From assembly GCA_951406725.2 (NCBI GenBank), contig OX597818.1, forward strand, positions 111,414,001 through 111,478,000: DNA of 64,000 nucleotides. Direction: 5' to 3'. The translations under genes were made by a program, and so were the position numbers. This stretch comes from Octopus vulgaris (lineage: Eukaryota). Under the pieces are notes generated by a model that saw only the letters and a list, made by a program, of their open reading frames with translations, did no database searches and had not been told where the DNA came from. Positions 53,167 through 64,000 of this stretch are shown here, in pieces (position 1 is the first letter of the stretch; each line of letters begins with the position of its first letter).

Positions 53167-53277
53167 TCAACGAGGAGTTTGCATATTAAGTTGTGTTTGG
53201 AATTTTTCAATAAAGAGATTCTCCTTGTTAATTCTCTCCTGTGTGGTGATCCCGTCTTTACATTGGTAGAAGGGGAA
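53167..53277 (-). pseudogene. C-terminal remnant of Penelope GIY-YIG endonuclease ORF
   Basis: Hand translation FPFYQCKDGITTQERINKENLFIEKFQTQLNMQTPR*; R..KE..FI......LN pattern typical of GIY-YIG C-termini; below the ORF-track cutoff. Confidence 0.75.
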
Positions 53278-53758
53278 TGACAATTTGAAATGCAATTGTC
53301 TATGCAGTTTTATATTATTAGAAAATAATATAAATAAAGTGTTAAAATCTGAAAGTTAAGTTAACAAGCAATTATATATAAAAAAGATAATGCAAATGAA
53401 GCTAAAATGATAGTTTTATAATTTGGGTTTTATTGAAGAACTCAAAAGAGTTTTCTCCCCTTACTCACAACACAGGAACTGAAGAACCAGGACCACAATT
53501 ACTACTACTTCCTGTCCTGCAACATGCTGTATTCAACAACACAACACATCACATGCTCTTAATCCCTTTGGATCTTAACACCTCAAGGTAACTTTTTGGT
53601 AAACAACCATAAAACTCAAGATACACAACGAACTCACAATGTATCGGAGAACTTATTTTTTAATTTTTGTACATTTTTATCATTATTCTTTTACAAAAAA
53701 CATTGCAATTTTCTTTTTTTCCCTTTCTAATTTTCAAAAAAACTTCTTAAAACATAAA

Positions 53759-53799
53759 TATTCTTGACAAGTCATACATTGACGAAAACCGGTTGAATA
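53759..53799 (+). ncRNA. Minimal hammerhead, U3-A8 core, right arm
   Basis: TATTC-TTGACAA-GTCA tacat TGAC-GAAA-ACCGG-TT-GAATA; stems I and II pair fully; AACCGGTT palindrome. Confidence 0.8.
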
Positions 53800-53893
53800 A
53801 ATATATATATTTATATATTTTATCATTTTCTCATTTTATTAAAATTTTATTTCATTTGAGCATTCTGGATTTTTAAAAAAATTTTTCCTTACT

Positions 53894-53931
<38 letters not shown>

Positions 53932-54011
53932 CGTGCGTGAATACTATACATATATATATATATATACTTCGAAAGGGATGCGTGGCGTTCAATCAAATAA
54001 TAATATAACTA

Positions 54012-54048
<37 letters not shown>

Positions 54049-54266
54049 TGCACACACAAACACACACAGACACACATATATAGGTATAGGACGTCTCCAA
54101 CAGTAAACAATATGAAATACGAAAACAAATGAGTTCAATAGGCAAACAACGAGAGAAACAAGTGGAAAACAGGACAAGTGACGCAAAGAACGACCCTTCA
54201 TTAGTTGTCGGCTGTCTATCTACTCCTCATTTGGAGCATAAATATATGTATGTGTGCGTACGTGTT

Positions 54267-54301
<35 letters not shown>

Positions 54302-54389
54302 TTGAGTAGTTGAATGAATTATCTTGTTATGGATAATTCGGTTAACCGATACCTGGGTAGCAAATTCACTCGTCGTTCAACTCCATTCT

Positions 54390-54462
<73 letters not shown>

Positions 54463-55082
54463 GTACATATTTAGATACACTTATACGCACCTGCATATAC
54501 AAAAAAATAATAAATTAGCGAATATGTTTTGTCAAACATAAAACTTAATATAATACTTTTCTTCCAAGGAAACAATTATAGCAGTTAAACAAAAACACTT
54601 ATGATATACTAAGGTATAAATTCTAAACATAAAAAAATTATTGTTTTCAACAGAAACATGGACATTTAGCAGGGGGGAAAAACCGCCGAAACTTAGATAG
54701 AAGTCTACAAAAAGGAACAAAACATTCTATTATAAAGCAATGCTAAAGCTAGAGCCAAAGAAAGCCTTATAAATATGAAACAAAGATAAACAGTTTGAAA
54801 CTAAACTGAAACGTAAAAAAACATGGCAATAGAATTTGCTATCGTCTACCTTGGAACGAAAAATACAAATTAAACTGATAGAATGGGTGAAATAAAAATC
54901 ACCAATGGAAATACATAAAACAATAAAATAAAATGAAGTGAAATGGTTTTTCTTTTGTTATGCTTTCATTTGAAAATGAATATTTCGAATGAAAACCAGT
55001 AGAATTTTCGAAGACCTACTTAAGCGTATTGAAAAAACATATACAGGAATTTGATATCTATTAGAAATTCTATAAACATAAA

Positions 55083-55139
<57 letters not shown>

Positions 55140-55215
55140 TACACACACGCGTGTGTGAGTTTGTGTGTATGTATGTATGTATGTATTTTTGCATGTATGT
55201 ATGTATGTATGTATG

Positions 55216-55256
<41 letters not shown>

Positions 55257-55354
55257 GCCATTTATTTATCCAACACAATACGCACATATATATATATATA
55301 CTTATATATACAAATATATCTGTATATATCTCTTTCCCTCACAATGAATGAACT

Positions 55355-55356
<2 letters not shown>

Positions 55357-55390
<34 letters not shown>

Positions 55391-55414
55391 TCTCTGTCTG
55401 TCTATCTATCTATC

Positions 55415-55483
<69 letters not shown>

Positions 55484-55490
55484 CTCTCTA

Positions 55491-55587
<97 letters not shown>

Positions 55588-55616
55588 TTATCCATCTGTC
55601 TGTCTGTCTGTCTGTC
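55357..55616. repeat. Compound (TCAA)n/(TATC)n/(TC)n/(TGTC)n microsatellite
   Basis: Direct reading. Confidence 0.9.
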
Positions 55617-56116
55617 ATATCGAGAGAAACCTTACAGTAACATTGAAAACTTTTACCTCTTACAGCCAGTGAGAGAGCTCGGAACATGGTAATTCATCCT
55701 GTTAGAAGTAGCGACCAAATCCCAAATTAGGAACTGCTATAGAAGAATCCTCTAATCGGTCACTGGACTTGCTAGTGATAGCTGCTAATACTACCTCAAC
55801 TCAAACTCTGTCTTATAAAAAATGAGAAAGACGCACTGGATAGTGTAAACCTTGAGAGTTTGTCTCTGAAATGTAAGTGTGATAGTGACTATGTCTATCT
55901 AGGTTTCCAGTTCCCCTGGGTCAGTGCCGATCTGTGCCTACAACAAGAACAACTACAAATAATAAAATTGATTTATCTGAGCACGGAAATTATAAGATTG
56001 TGATTTGTCGAACAAAGAATTTAATTGTCCATTAGTTCTTATGCCTACTAATGAATCTTTTCTCCTGAAGAGAACCTCAGAAACTCGGCGCAAGGTTCAG
56101 AAACGCACCAATATGA

Positions 56117-56625
56117 CCAAGAACTGGAACGGGAAGTGCTGGTTCATCCTCCATAATCTCCAGACTTGGCGCCGTCATATTTTCATCCCTTTCGACCTCT
56201 TTCGAACACTTTGTGCGGTGTATCATTCAATAATGACGTAGAATTGAGGGCTTAGTTGGACGAATTCATTGAGTCAAGACCAGAAGTTTTCTATCGCCGA
56301 GGCATCGGAAAACTTATTGAACGATAGAAGAATATATTATTGATCAATTTGTTGTAGATCTTTTAAAAATAAAGTTCTATATTTAGGAGATGAGGAATTA
56401 TGTACATTATTTACATTATTTACATTTGACGGATATTTGTCCTCATCTTGTATGTTATTAACACAAGACACCTGATGAAGGCTGGAGGGTATACCAGCCG
56501 AAACGTTGTGTTAACAACAAACAAGATGAGGATAAATATCAGTCAAATGTAAATAATGTAGGTTTTTTTTATGTTTAAAATAAATTTGAAAAAACACTCG
56601 TGAATTATTCCTCAACAAAATATAT
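56117..56625 (+). mobile_element. Mariner transposon remnant (transposase C-terminus and probable right end), interrupted by a hairpin insert
   Basis: QELEREVLVHPP*SPDLAPSYFHPFRPLSNTL...FYRRGIGKLIER* matches the mariner YSPDLAPSD region; TIR-like GAATTATTCCTCAACAAAATA-TA at ~56603-56625. Confidence 0.8.
56467..56512 (+). ncRNA. Minimal type I hammerhead, canonical core, inside a hairpin insert (~56387-56560)
   Basis: GACAC-CTGATGA-A-GGCTGG agggtata CCAGCC-GAAA-CG-TT-GTGTT; tail duplicated in inverted orientation upstream. Confidence 0.8.
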
Positions 56626-59106
56626 AATTATATTGATACAAAATTAAGTGTCACGAAGCGGACCTGGTTGTATTGTTGTTACGCCCTAAGTCAAGCCTCA
56701 TCGAGCACGTATTCCAACAATGACAATCTTATCCGTTTCGTTTCAGTCACAATTTATCTAATGCGTCATTCTCTTACAAGACACACGAATTAGGTTTGAA
56801 ATGTAACCCCACACTACTCCTAGTAGGTCACACAGTGATACAGGTTTCTTTTGTTCGGCTTGAGAAAATCACATAAACAAAGCGTATTACATTTTATCAG
56901 GTGCTTTGATCCCCACCTATATCTATTTCAGTCCGAGGTCAGCACGCCTTGTTTGAAAAGTGGGAATAAACATTTATTTCTGGTATTAATTGACTCATAT
57001 CAAGGTTGCCTGCAAGAATAGGTCAGGTAAACTGATTCCTTATTTATAAATAGTTTTGCGAAAGTGAAATAAGGAGGTTTATTTTGTGCAAGAAGACAAG
57101 CCTAGCGTTTCGCGTCGTATCCTTCGATAGAAAAATAGCAAAGAAAATGTCTCCTTCAAATCTCATCCTACGCTCTGTGATATTCAAATTATAAACAACA
57201 TTTTTCGATAAAACAACATTCTTTAAAGAATAAAACCTGACGAATCGATTCCCAGTTTACAGTTCATTTTCTTTTGATTTTGTTTGTGTCCTTTGATTTA
57301 TTTGTGACTTTATTTTCTCTTTTCTACAGTTTTTGATAATTAAAAATAAAATATTCTGAAAAACATCTGCGTTTTGGAGAAATCCAGATGGCGTTGTTGT
57401 TGTTTTGTTAACATTGTTGTTATTGTTATTGTGCACTCGAGATCAACCACAATTAAATCGACCATTGACTACAGTCTTACATTGTTTATTGCGTCCTTCC
57501 TTTGATCAAGGGAGAGTAACGAGGGAAATTTGGCTGCTATTTCTAGTAAGGCGTTGAACCACGTAGACACATTCTCATTGAGTTGGGAGAATTATGTTTC
57601 AGAGGAACTGAATAGAGAAAGAAATGTTACGGAAGCAGCCAATGAGAGCCTCTTGGACGATTTCCTACATGATACAAGCATGTTTTACTCAAATTTCACC
57701 ATTCTGTCTTTTATAAAATGATAAGCGTTCGATAATCTAATTTCTGATACATGCAAGGATATAATGGTTATGATTGGAATGGATTTTGAACATAGGACTA
57801 CTCGATCACGGTCAACCTGTGGTTAAACAACAACGATGACGACGACGACGACGATAGCGTTAGCAACAACAACACCAATAACAGCGTAATGGAGAATCGT
57901 CAAGAAATAACAAAGATGCAATTCTCAACATGCGCAGTCGACCTGCACGAAATACCAGCCAAATGTTCTTCAGATTACGCCATACTCACATAAAAAGGAA
58001 TGAATGCGCTAGAAAAAGCAGTCGCAAAAAATGAGATAGTCAGGTTTGGAGCGCTTTTTGAAGTTAGGTCAGCTAAATAAGAGTTATGTTCGGTTTAAAC
58101 AACAGCAACAACAAATAACAACAACAGAAAGACTCGGTGGATTGATATATAAAGGATTGAAGGGTCACATTTTGAGCCAGTTTTGAATTTCTATGCCTTG
58201 CCGGATAAGAGATGGAACTGGGGAGCCAAAATAACGAAGAAAATTAACAATGATGGACATATTAAATACTTTAGTTTATACAAGATGTTGGTCACATCTG
58301 GAAAGTCTCTAGAACATAGATTTGCTCAATGTTGACCTATGACTCAACAACAATGGATGATGGCAGTTTCGTTATGTACAATGATCATGAGAAAGGGTTG
58401 CATGTCCTTGAGCGACCATGGAAACCTATCCTTGGTACTACGAGATTTTTCTTCCTGTCTGTGCAAAGCGAACCCTCCATTTGTATTCATCCGAGATGAA
58501 GACGACTCTAATGTGAAATGCACGGAAAGTCAATCAGTAGAGTCAATCCACGGAGAGTCAATCAGTATAATCTTTCGACTCAGAAGACTGCCCACAGTGA
58601 ATGAACGTGCAAATATGGCGGCGCTGATCAGCAGGCTGTAGGTTTTACATTAGAGGGGTCATCATCTCGGAGAATGGCATTACCGCAATGCAGAGCTCCA
58701 TTCACCATGGAATTGCTGGGACGGTGTGAAAGACAGCACTAGATCCCAGTCCTTGATTCGTTGCCGTGGCTGACTCCCCTAAATTCATCCTTTCCTAAAG
58801 TACTCCATAGGGAGTAACAATGTAACAATAAACGAACAGAAGACATTTTAGACAAGGTTGTCTCTAAGCTGCATAAAGTGGGTTGGTCACGGCTGGAATG
58901 CATTATAATATAAGATTTCGTTGAGCAATGCTTCTCTGGGATTAGTCAAAGACAAACAAAATGTAATGGAACAATTGGTGAATGTCTGGAAATATAATTG
59001 TAATTAGTGGAAGCGATTAGACGTCTTGCCACTACAGCGACATCTACTGACGAACTTAACGTTAATTGTTCTATAGTCAAATGAATACAAATGGAGGATT
59101 CGCTTT

Positions 59107-59137
<31 letters not shown>

Positions 59138-59323
59138 TGTATAATGTAGTATATTTATTTTTATTTATATTTTTCATTTTTAGGTATTTTTAATTGGAAT
59201 GTAATTTTATATCGCAACATTATCTCCCTTCACTTCGCTCATCAATTAGTGACGTGACAGAGAGAAAGAGAGTGAAAGGGAAAAAGAAAGCAGATTGATT
59301 GAAATAAAATACATGTGGGTAGA

Positions 59324-59452
<129 letters not shown>

Positions 59453-59700
59453 GCATATATGTTCGTATGTGTGTGTATATATATATATGTGTATGTATGT
59501 ATATATTTATACATGTATATGTGTATGTATATGCATATATATACATATATATGTATGTATATATACGTGTATATGTATGTGTATATATGCATACACACAC
59601 ACACACACACATATGTATATAACACTCACAACAAACGCATGAACATATATACGCATATATACAAGCATATTAGGTGAGGAGAGAGAGACACTCGCAGAGA

Positions 59701-59789
<89 letters not shown>

Positions 59790-60089
59790 TAGTTTTTGAT
59801 CATGAAAAAGCAATATTTACAGAGAGAGAAAATTGAGTAAGAATGTGATACATAGTAAGAGAAAGCGCTACACACGCGCACGCACATATATACACTCATA
59901 TGCACACATACACACACACACATAAGCATAAACATACACACAGAGACACACGCTTACACAAACACACATATCCGCTTTTTGTTGTTTTGCCTTGTTTGTG
60001 TTTCCGCCTGTCCTCGTCTCGTCATGTTTGTCTTTGTTTATGTACATCTTGACAAAATATATAACCACACACACACACAGATGTGTGCG

Positions 60090-60176
<87 letters not shown>

Positions 60177-60229
60177 GTATATGTATATATATGTACGTAT
60201 ATGTATACATATATATATGTATGTATATG

Positions 60230-60285
<56 letters not shown>

Positions 60286-60292
60286 GTATATG

Positions 60293-60325
<33 letters not shown>

Positions 60326-61058
60326 GTGTGTGTGTGTGTTTGTAAAAATGTATATATTCATATAGGTATCTATCTATCTATATATGTCTCTATGTATTTA
60401 AATATGTACACACACATACACACACACACAAACACACGTGTGTACGTACATATACGTGTATATAAACTCACAGAGAAAGAGAGAGAGAGAGAGAGAGTGA
60501 AAGAGTGAAAGAGATACATAAAGAGACAGAAAGATCAATATGTACAAATAGAAGGGAAAATAAGAGAGACAGAGAAAAAGAGGGAGAGAGAAATTGAGAT
60601 AGAGAGAGAAACAGAGGAAGATGGTGAGAAAGATAGTAAGAAAGAGAGAGAGAGAGATGGTGAGAAAGATGGTAAGAGATATAGAGAAAGAGATAGAGAG
60701 ACGTTAGGAAGGAGAAGGAGTCGATGGAACATGGAACGGAATTTAGTGTAGCTTTGACGTTTTATTGATTAAGTTGGTTTGTGTTGTTTCTTTTTGTTAC
60801 TATTTCTATTAAAATGAATTTGATTACTTGTAATTTATTCAAATGGATTTTACTGTGCGACTCATATCGGTTCCTAATTAATTGTCTTTGCCTTGGATGT
60901 GTTGGAACTTTTAGTTCTGATAGTATTTAGCTAAAACTGGACGAAGTATTAGGAAACGGAGAAGCGAATATAAGCGGAGAAACAGAAGACTTTGGGATAA
61001 GTGGATAGACCTACACAGGAGATGCATATAAATACATACATACATACATACATTCACT

Positions 61059-61112
<54 letters not shown>

Positions 61113-61124
61113 CATATATATAGC

Positions 61125-61305
61125 TGAAATTTACAGAACAACAAAAGACGAAGACAGGTGTATAAAAATCAAACAGGTATATTAGTTTAACGCTCGGGAG
61201 GTTGTGAAAGTCTGTTACGTTTCGAGCCTACGCTCTTCAACAGAAAGGAACATGAGGAAATATACAGAGAGAGAATGAAATAAGTTTTGGAGCTAGCGGT
61301 CAATC
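61125..61305 (-). mobile_element. PLE-like pLTR fragment (5855 family), hammerhead-like motif at 61212-61247
   Basis: Minus strand CTTT-CTGTTGA-A-GAGC gtag GCTC-GAAA-CG-TA-ACAG. Confidence 0.6.
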
Positions 61306-61322
61306 ATATATATGTTTGTATC

Positions 61323-61358
<36 letters not shown>

Positions 61359-61591
61359 TGTGTGTCTGTGTGTCTGTGTGTCTGTGTGTCTGTGTGAAAG
61401 GTTGAACAGCAGAACACAAGGAGAAAAAGTTAGACGGAAGCAGAGCAAACGGGAAACTAGACGAAAACTTAACGGACGAGAAATACAGACAAAGACACGA
61501 TACACGGAATATTCGCAGATTTTTCCTCGTCAGTCAACGAACCAAAATGTATTTGTGGTTTCGCGCCTATGTATGTATGTATATATATATA

Positions 61592-61674
<83 letters not shown>

Positions 61675-61707
61675 GTATAGGTATCTGTCTCTCTCTGTCT
61701 GTCTGTC

Positions 61708-61745
<38 letters not shown>

Positions 61746-61754
61746 TCTAATTTA

Positions 61755-61798
<44 letters not shown>

Positions 61799-61802
<4 letters not shown>

Positions 61803-62117
61803 CTAGTGGTTAGGGCAGCGGACTAGGCAATGGCCTAGTGGTTAGGGCAGCGGACTCGCGGTCGTAGGATCGCGGTTTCGATTCCCAGACCGGGTGTTGT
61901 GAGTGTTTATTGAGCGAAAACATCTAAAAGCTCCACGAAGCTCCGGCAGGGGGTGGTGATCCCTGCTGTACTCTTTCACCACTCTTTCTCTCACTCTTTC
62001 TTCTGTTGGCCTGCTCGCTTAGCGAGCGGGGTGGCGTCATTCGAAGGCTAAAACAATGCGAACGCATTGTGACCAGCGATGTGTAGCAACATCTGATGGT
62101 CTGGTCGGTCACGTGAT

Positions 62118-62123
<6 letters not shown>
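61799..62123 (+). mobile_element. tRNA-derived SINE family D, full length, with duplicated head
   Basis: A box TGGCCTAGTGGTTAGGGCAGCGGACT twice, B-box-like GGTTTCGATTCCC, tail TCACGTGATCACGTGA into (TA)n. Confidence 0.85.
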
Positions 62124-62150
<27 letters not shown>

Positions 62151-62151
62151 C

Positions 62152-62462
62152 AGGCACTCCGTCAGTTACGAGGACGAGGGTTCCAGTTGAACCGACCAAC
62201 GGAACATCTTGCTCGTGGAATTAACATGCATGTAGTTGAGCACCCCACAGACACGCGTATCCTTAACGTAGTTCTCAAGGAGATTCAGCATGACCCAAAG
62301 TGTGTCATGGTTTGCCCTTTGGAAATAAAGATACGACCCACATTCGCCAGCTGAGCAAACTGGAGCAAGATGATTTAAAGTGTCTTGCTCATGGCACAAA
62401 GCACCGTCGAGTATCGAACTCACGGTCTTACGATCGCGAGCCGAATTGCCTTCATTACGCAC
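62152..62462 (-). mobile_element. SINE family E
   Basis: Reverse complement of 37165-37483, diverged. Confidence 0.75.
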
Positions 62463-62689
62463 ATATTCATGCACACTCAAAGGCAGACGAGAAAAAACAC
62501 ACACAGAAGCATACATTCTCACACATGCATATATAGAAAGTGTGAAAGAAAACCGCTCATAGGTTTTTTTGTTGTACCCAAGCGTTGGTGAAGTAACGCA
62601 GGTGCGATCAGTGTCTTCATATAAATAATATTTCTCTTTTTTCCTTTTTTTCTTTTAGTTACCATCATCAATACATTTACAGATAGAAA

Positions 62690-63157
62690 CAAGCGACCGT
62701 CCGTCGAAGGGTCTTTGGGCTAACGTTCCTCGATCGAGTACTTAACTTGGAGGTCAAAGAGGCGCTGCATGTAGAAACGCTACATTTCTGAAGTGAGAGG
62801 TCACAACTCCGATACTGCGGGCATGTGATAAGAATATCCGAGGAAAGTATCGCTGGACAGGTTCTACGGGCAAAACCAATCGGCAGGAGACCCAGGGGTA
62901 TGGCTGCGATCGAGATGGTTGGATAATATCCATTAGCTCGGTTGGTCTTGCCTGCGGAAAGATCAAGATCCGATGGACGGCGTGCTTGAGGGCTCTGCCC
63001 CCACGACCGTCCCTGGAAGAAGTGAGCGAAGGAGATGAGATGCCACTGTCTTTGTTTGGAATGGTGCACCTGGTGTGTTTGTTGGTGAAACATTTATAAA
63101 GAATGGTGAACGTGGAAGGTATTCCTGCCATGCAATGAAAGGTAAGGTAAGGTAAGG
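62690..63157 (+). mobile_element. RTE-type LINE 3' end with (AAGGT)n tail, decayed
   Basis: RRVFGLTFLDRVLNLEVKEALHV...ERSQLRYCGHVIRI...VLRAKPIGRRPRG; tail AAAGGTAAGGTAAGGTAAGG. Confidence 0.8.
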
Positions 63158-63450
63158 AAATGGATAGAGATGGCAGAGAGGTAGAAGAGCGGTAGAGAGT
63201 GAATGATTTAGAGGTGAAGAAAGGAAGTGTGCATGTGTGTGTGTGTGTATGTGTGTGTGTGTGAGAGAGAGACAGACAGAGACAGAGACAGATAGAGTGA
63301 TGGAGAAAGGGAGAGAGTGTGAGATATAGAATGATGGAGAAAAAGAGAGAGTGAGAAATGTATTAGGAAAGGGTGGAGGTAAAAATTGATGATGAGAGAT
63401 GAATAAAGGAGAAATGGTAAAAAACTGATGATGAAAAATGTAAGAGAAGC

Positions 63451-63500
<50 letters not shown>

Positions 63501-63945
63501 ATGAGAGAGAAAGAGAGAAAGATAAACAGTGAGTTAAAGGATGTGAAGTATTAAAAGACTTTGGTAGAGAATTAGATATAAAATAGGAGAAAGTAAAAGA
63601 AACAGAAACGAGATAAGAGAGAAACTGGTCAATAAGAAAGGATTGATGAATGAGTGATGAGAGAGGGATTGTAAGGAAGAGGATAAAGAGAGGAGGAGGA
63701 GAGAGAGGGTGAGGAGAGAAAGAGAAAGGCAAAGAAAAGAAAGAGAAATGAAGGAGGAGAGATAAAACTAGGGTGGAAGGAGAGATTGTGAGAAAAAGAA
63801 TGGTTAAAGTGGGAAAAGAATGAGAGAGAGAGAGAGAGAGAGAGGGAGAGAATAAAAGAGAAGAAAAGGGAGAGAGAGAGAAAATAAGGGAGAAGACAAA
63901 AGAGAAAGAGAGTGAAAGGAGGACGGTGGGGGTGGGGAGAAGAGT
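63158..63945. repeat. Purine-rich (GA/GAA) low-complexity tract
   Basis: Direct reading. Confidence 0.85.
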
Positions 63946-64000
63946 TTTAAAGTGATCTTGATTTGTTTAACAAACACGTCAGACTGTTGAATTTTATTCG

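Larger units (their letters stand above)
52347..53896 (-). mobile_element. 5'-truncated Penelope-like element with inverted pseudo-LTR
   Basis: ~620-bp inverted arms (52392-53012, 53277-53896) around a spacer encoding a GIY-YIG-like C-terminus; hammerhead in each arm; (TA)n flanks. Confidence 0.85.

Noticed and set aside
61831-61895. tRNA gene
   Set aside because: A/B boxes run into a repeat body with no acceptor stem or oligo-T terminator; it is a SINE head. Same for 28562, 37165 and 38841.

Overview
Repeat-saturated, AT-rich eukaryotic DNA, intergenic or intronic. I could not support any host protein-coding exon; nearly all supplied ORFs are microsatellite translations. The repeat mix (very dense (TA)n/(CA)n/(TATG)n/(AAT)n tracts, several tRNA-headed SINE families, RTE, CR1-group and R4/Dong LINE fragments, a mariner remnant) resembles a coleoid cephalopod, probably Octopus; this is inference, not a database result. 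The main signal not explained by the ORF track is a dense set of type I hammerhead ribozyme (HHR) motifs: about 10 well-formed ones plus several decayed ones, inside Penelope-like element (PLE) pseudo-LTR fragments, hairpin insertions and a 505-bp tandem repeat. Their catalytic cores covary at the tertiary 3-8 base pair (C3-G8 in CUGAUGA/CUGAAGA/CUGACGA, U3-A8 in UUGAUAA/UUGACAA, G3-C8 in GUGAACA), and most have a palindromic minimal stem III suited to dimeric cleavage. One copy is physically linked to a GIY-YIG-like C-terminal peptide. A tRNA-headed element shares an HHR-bearing tail, hinting at a SINE carried by Penelope machinery. Repeat boundaries were read by eye and are approximate; ribozyme activity and transcription are untested.
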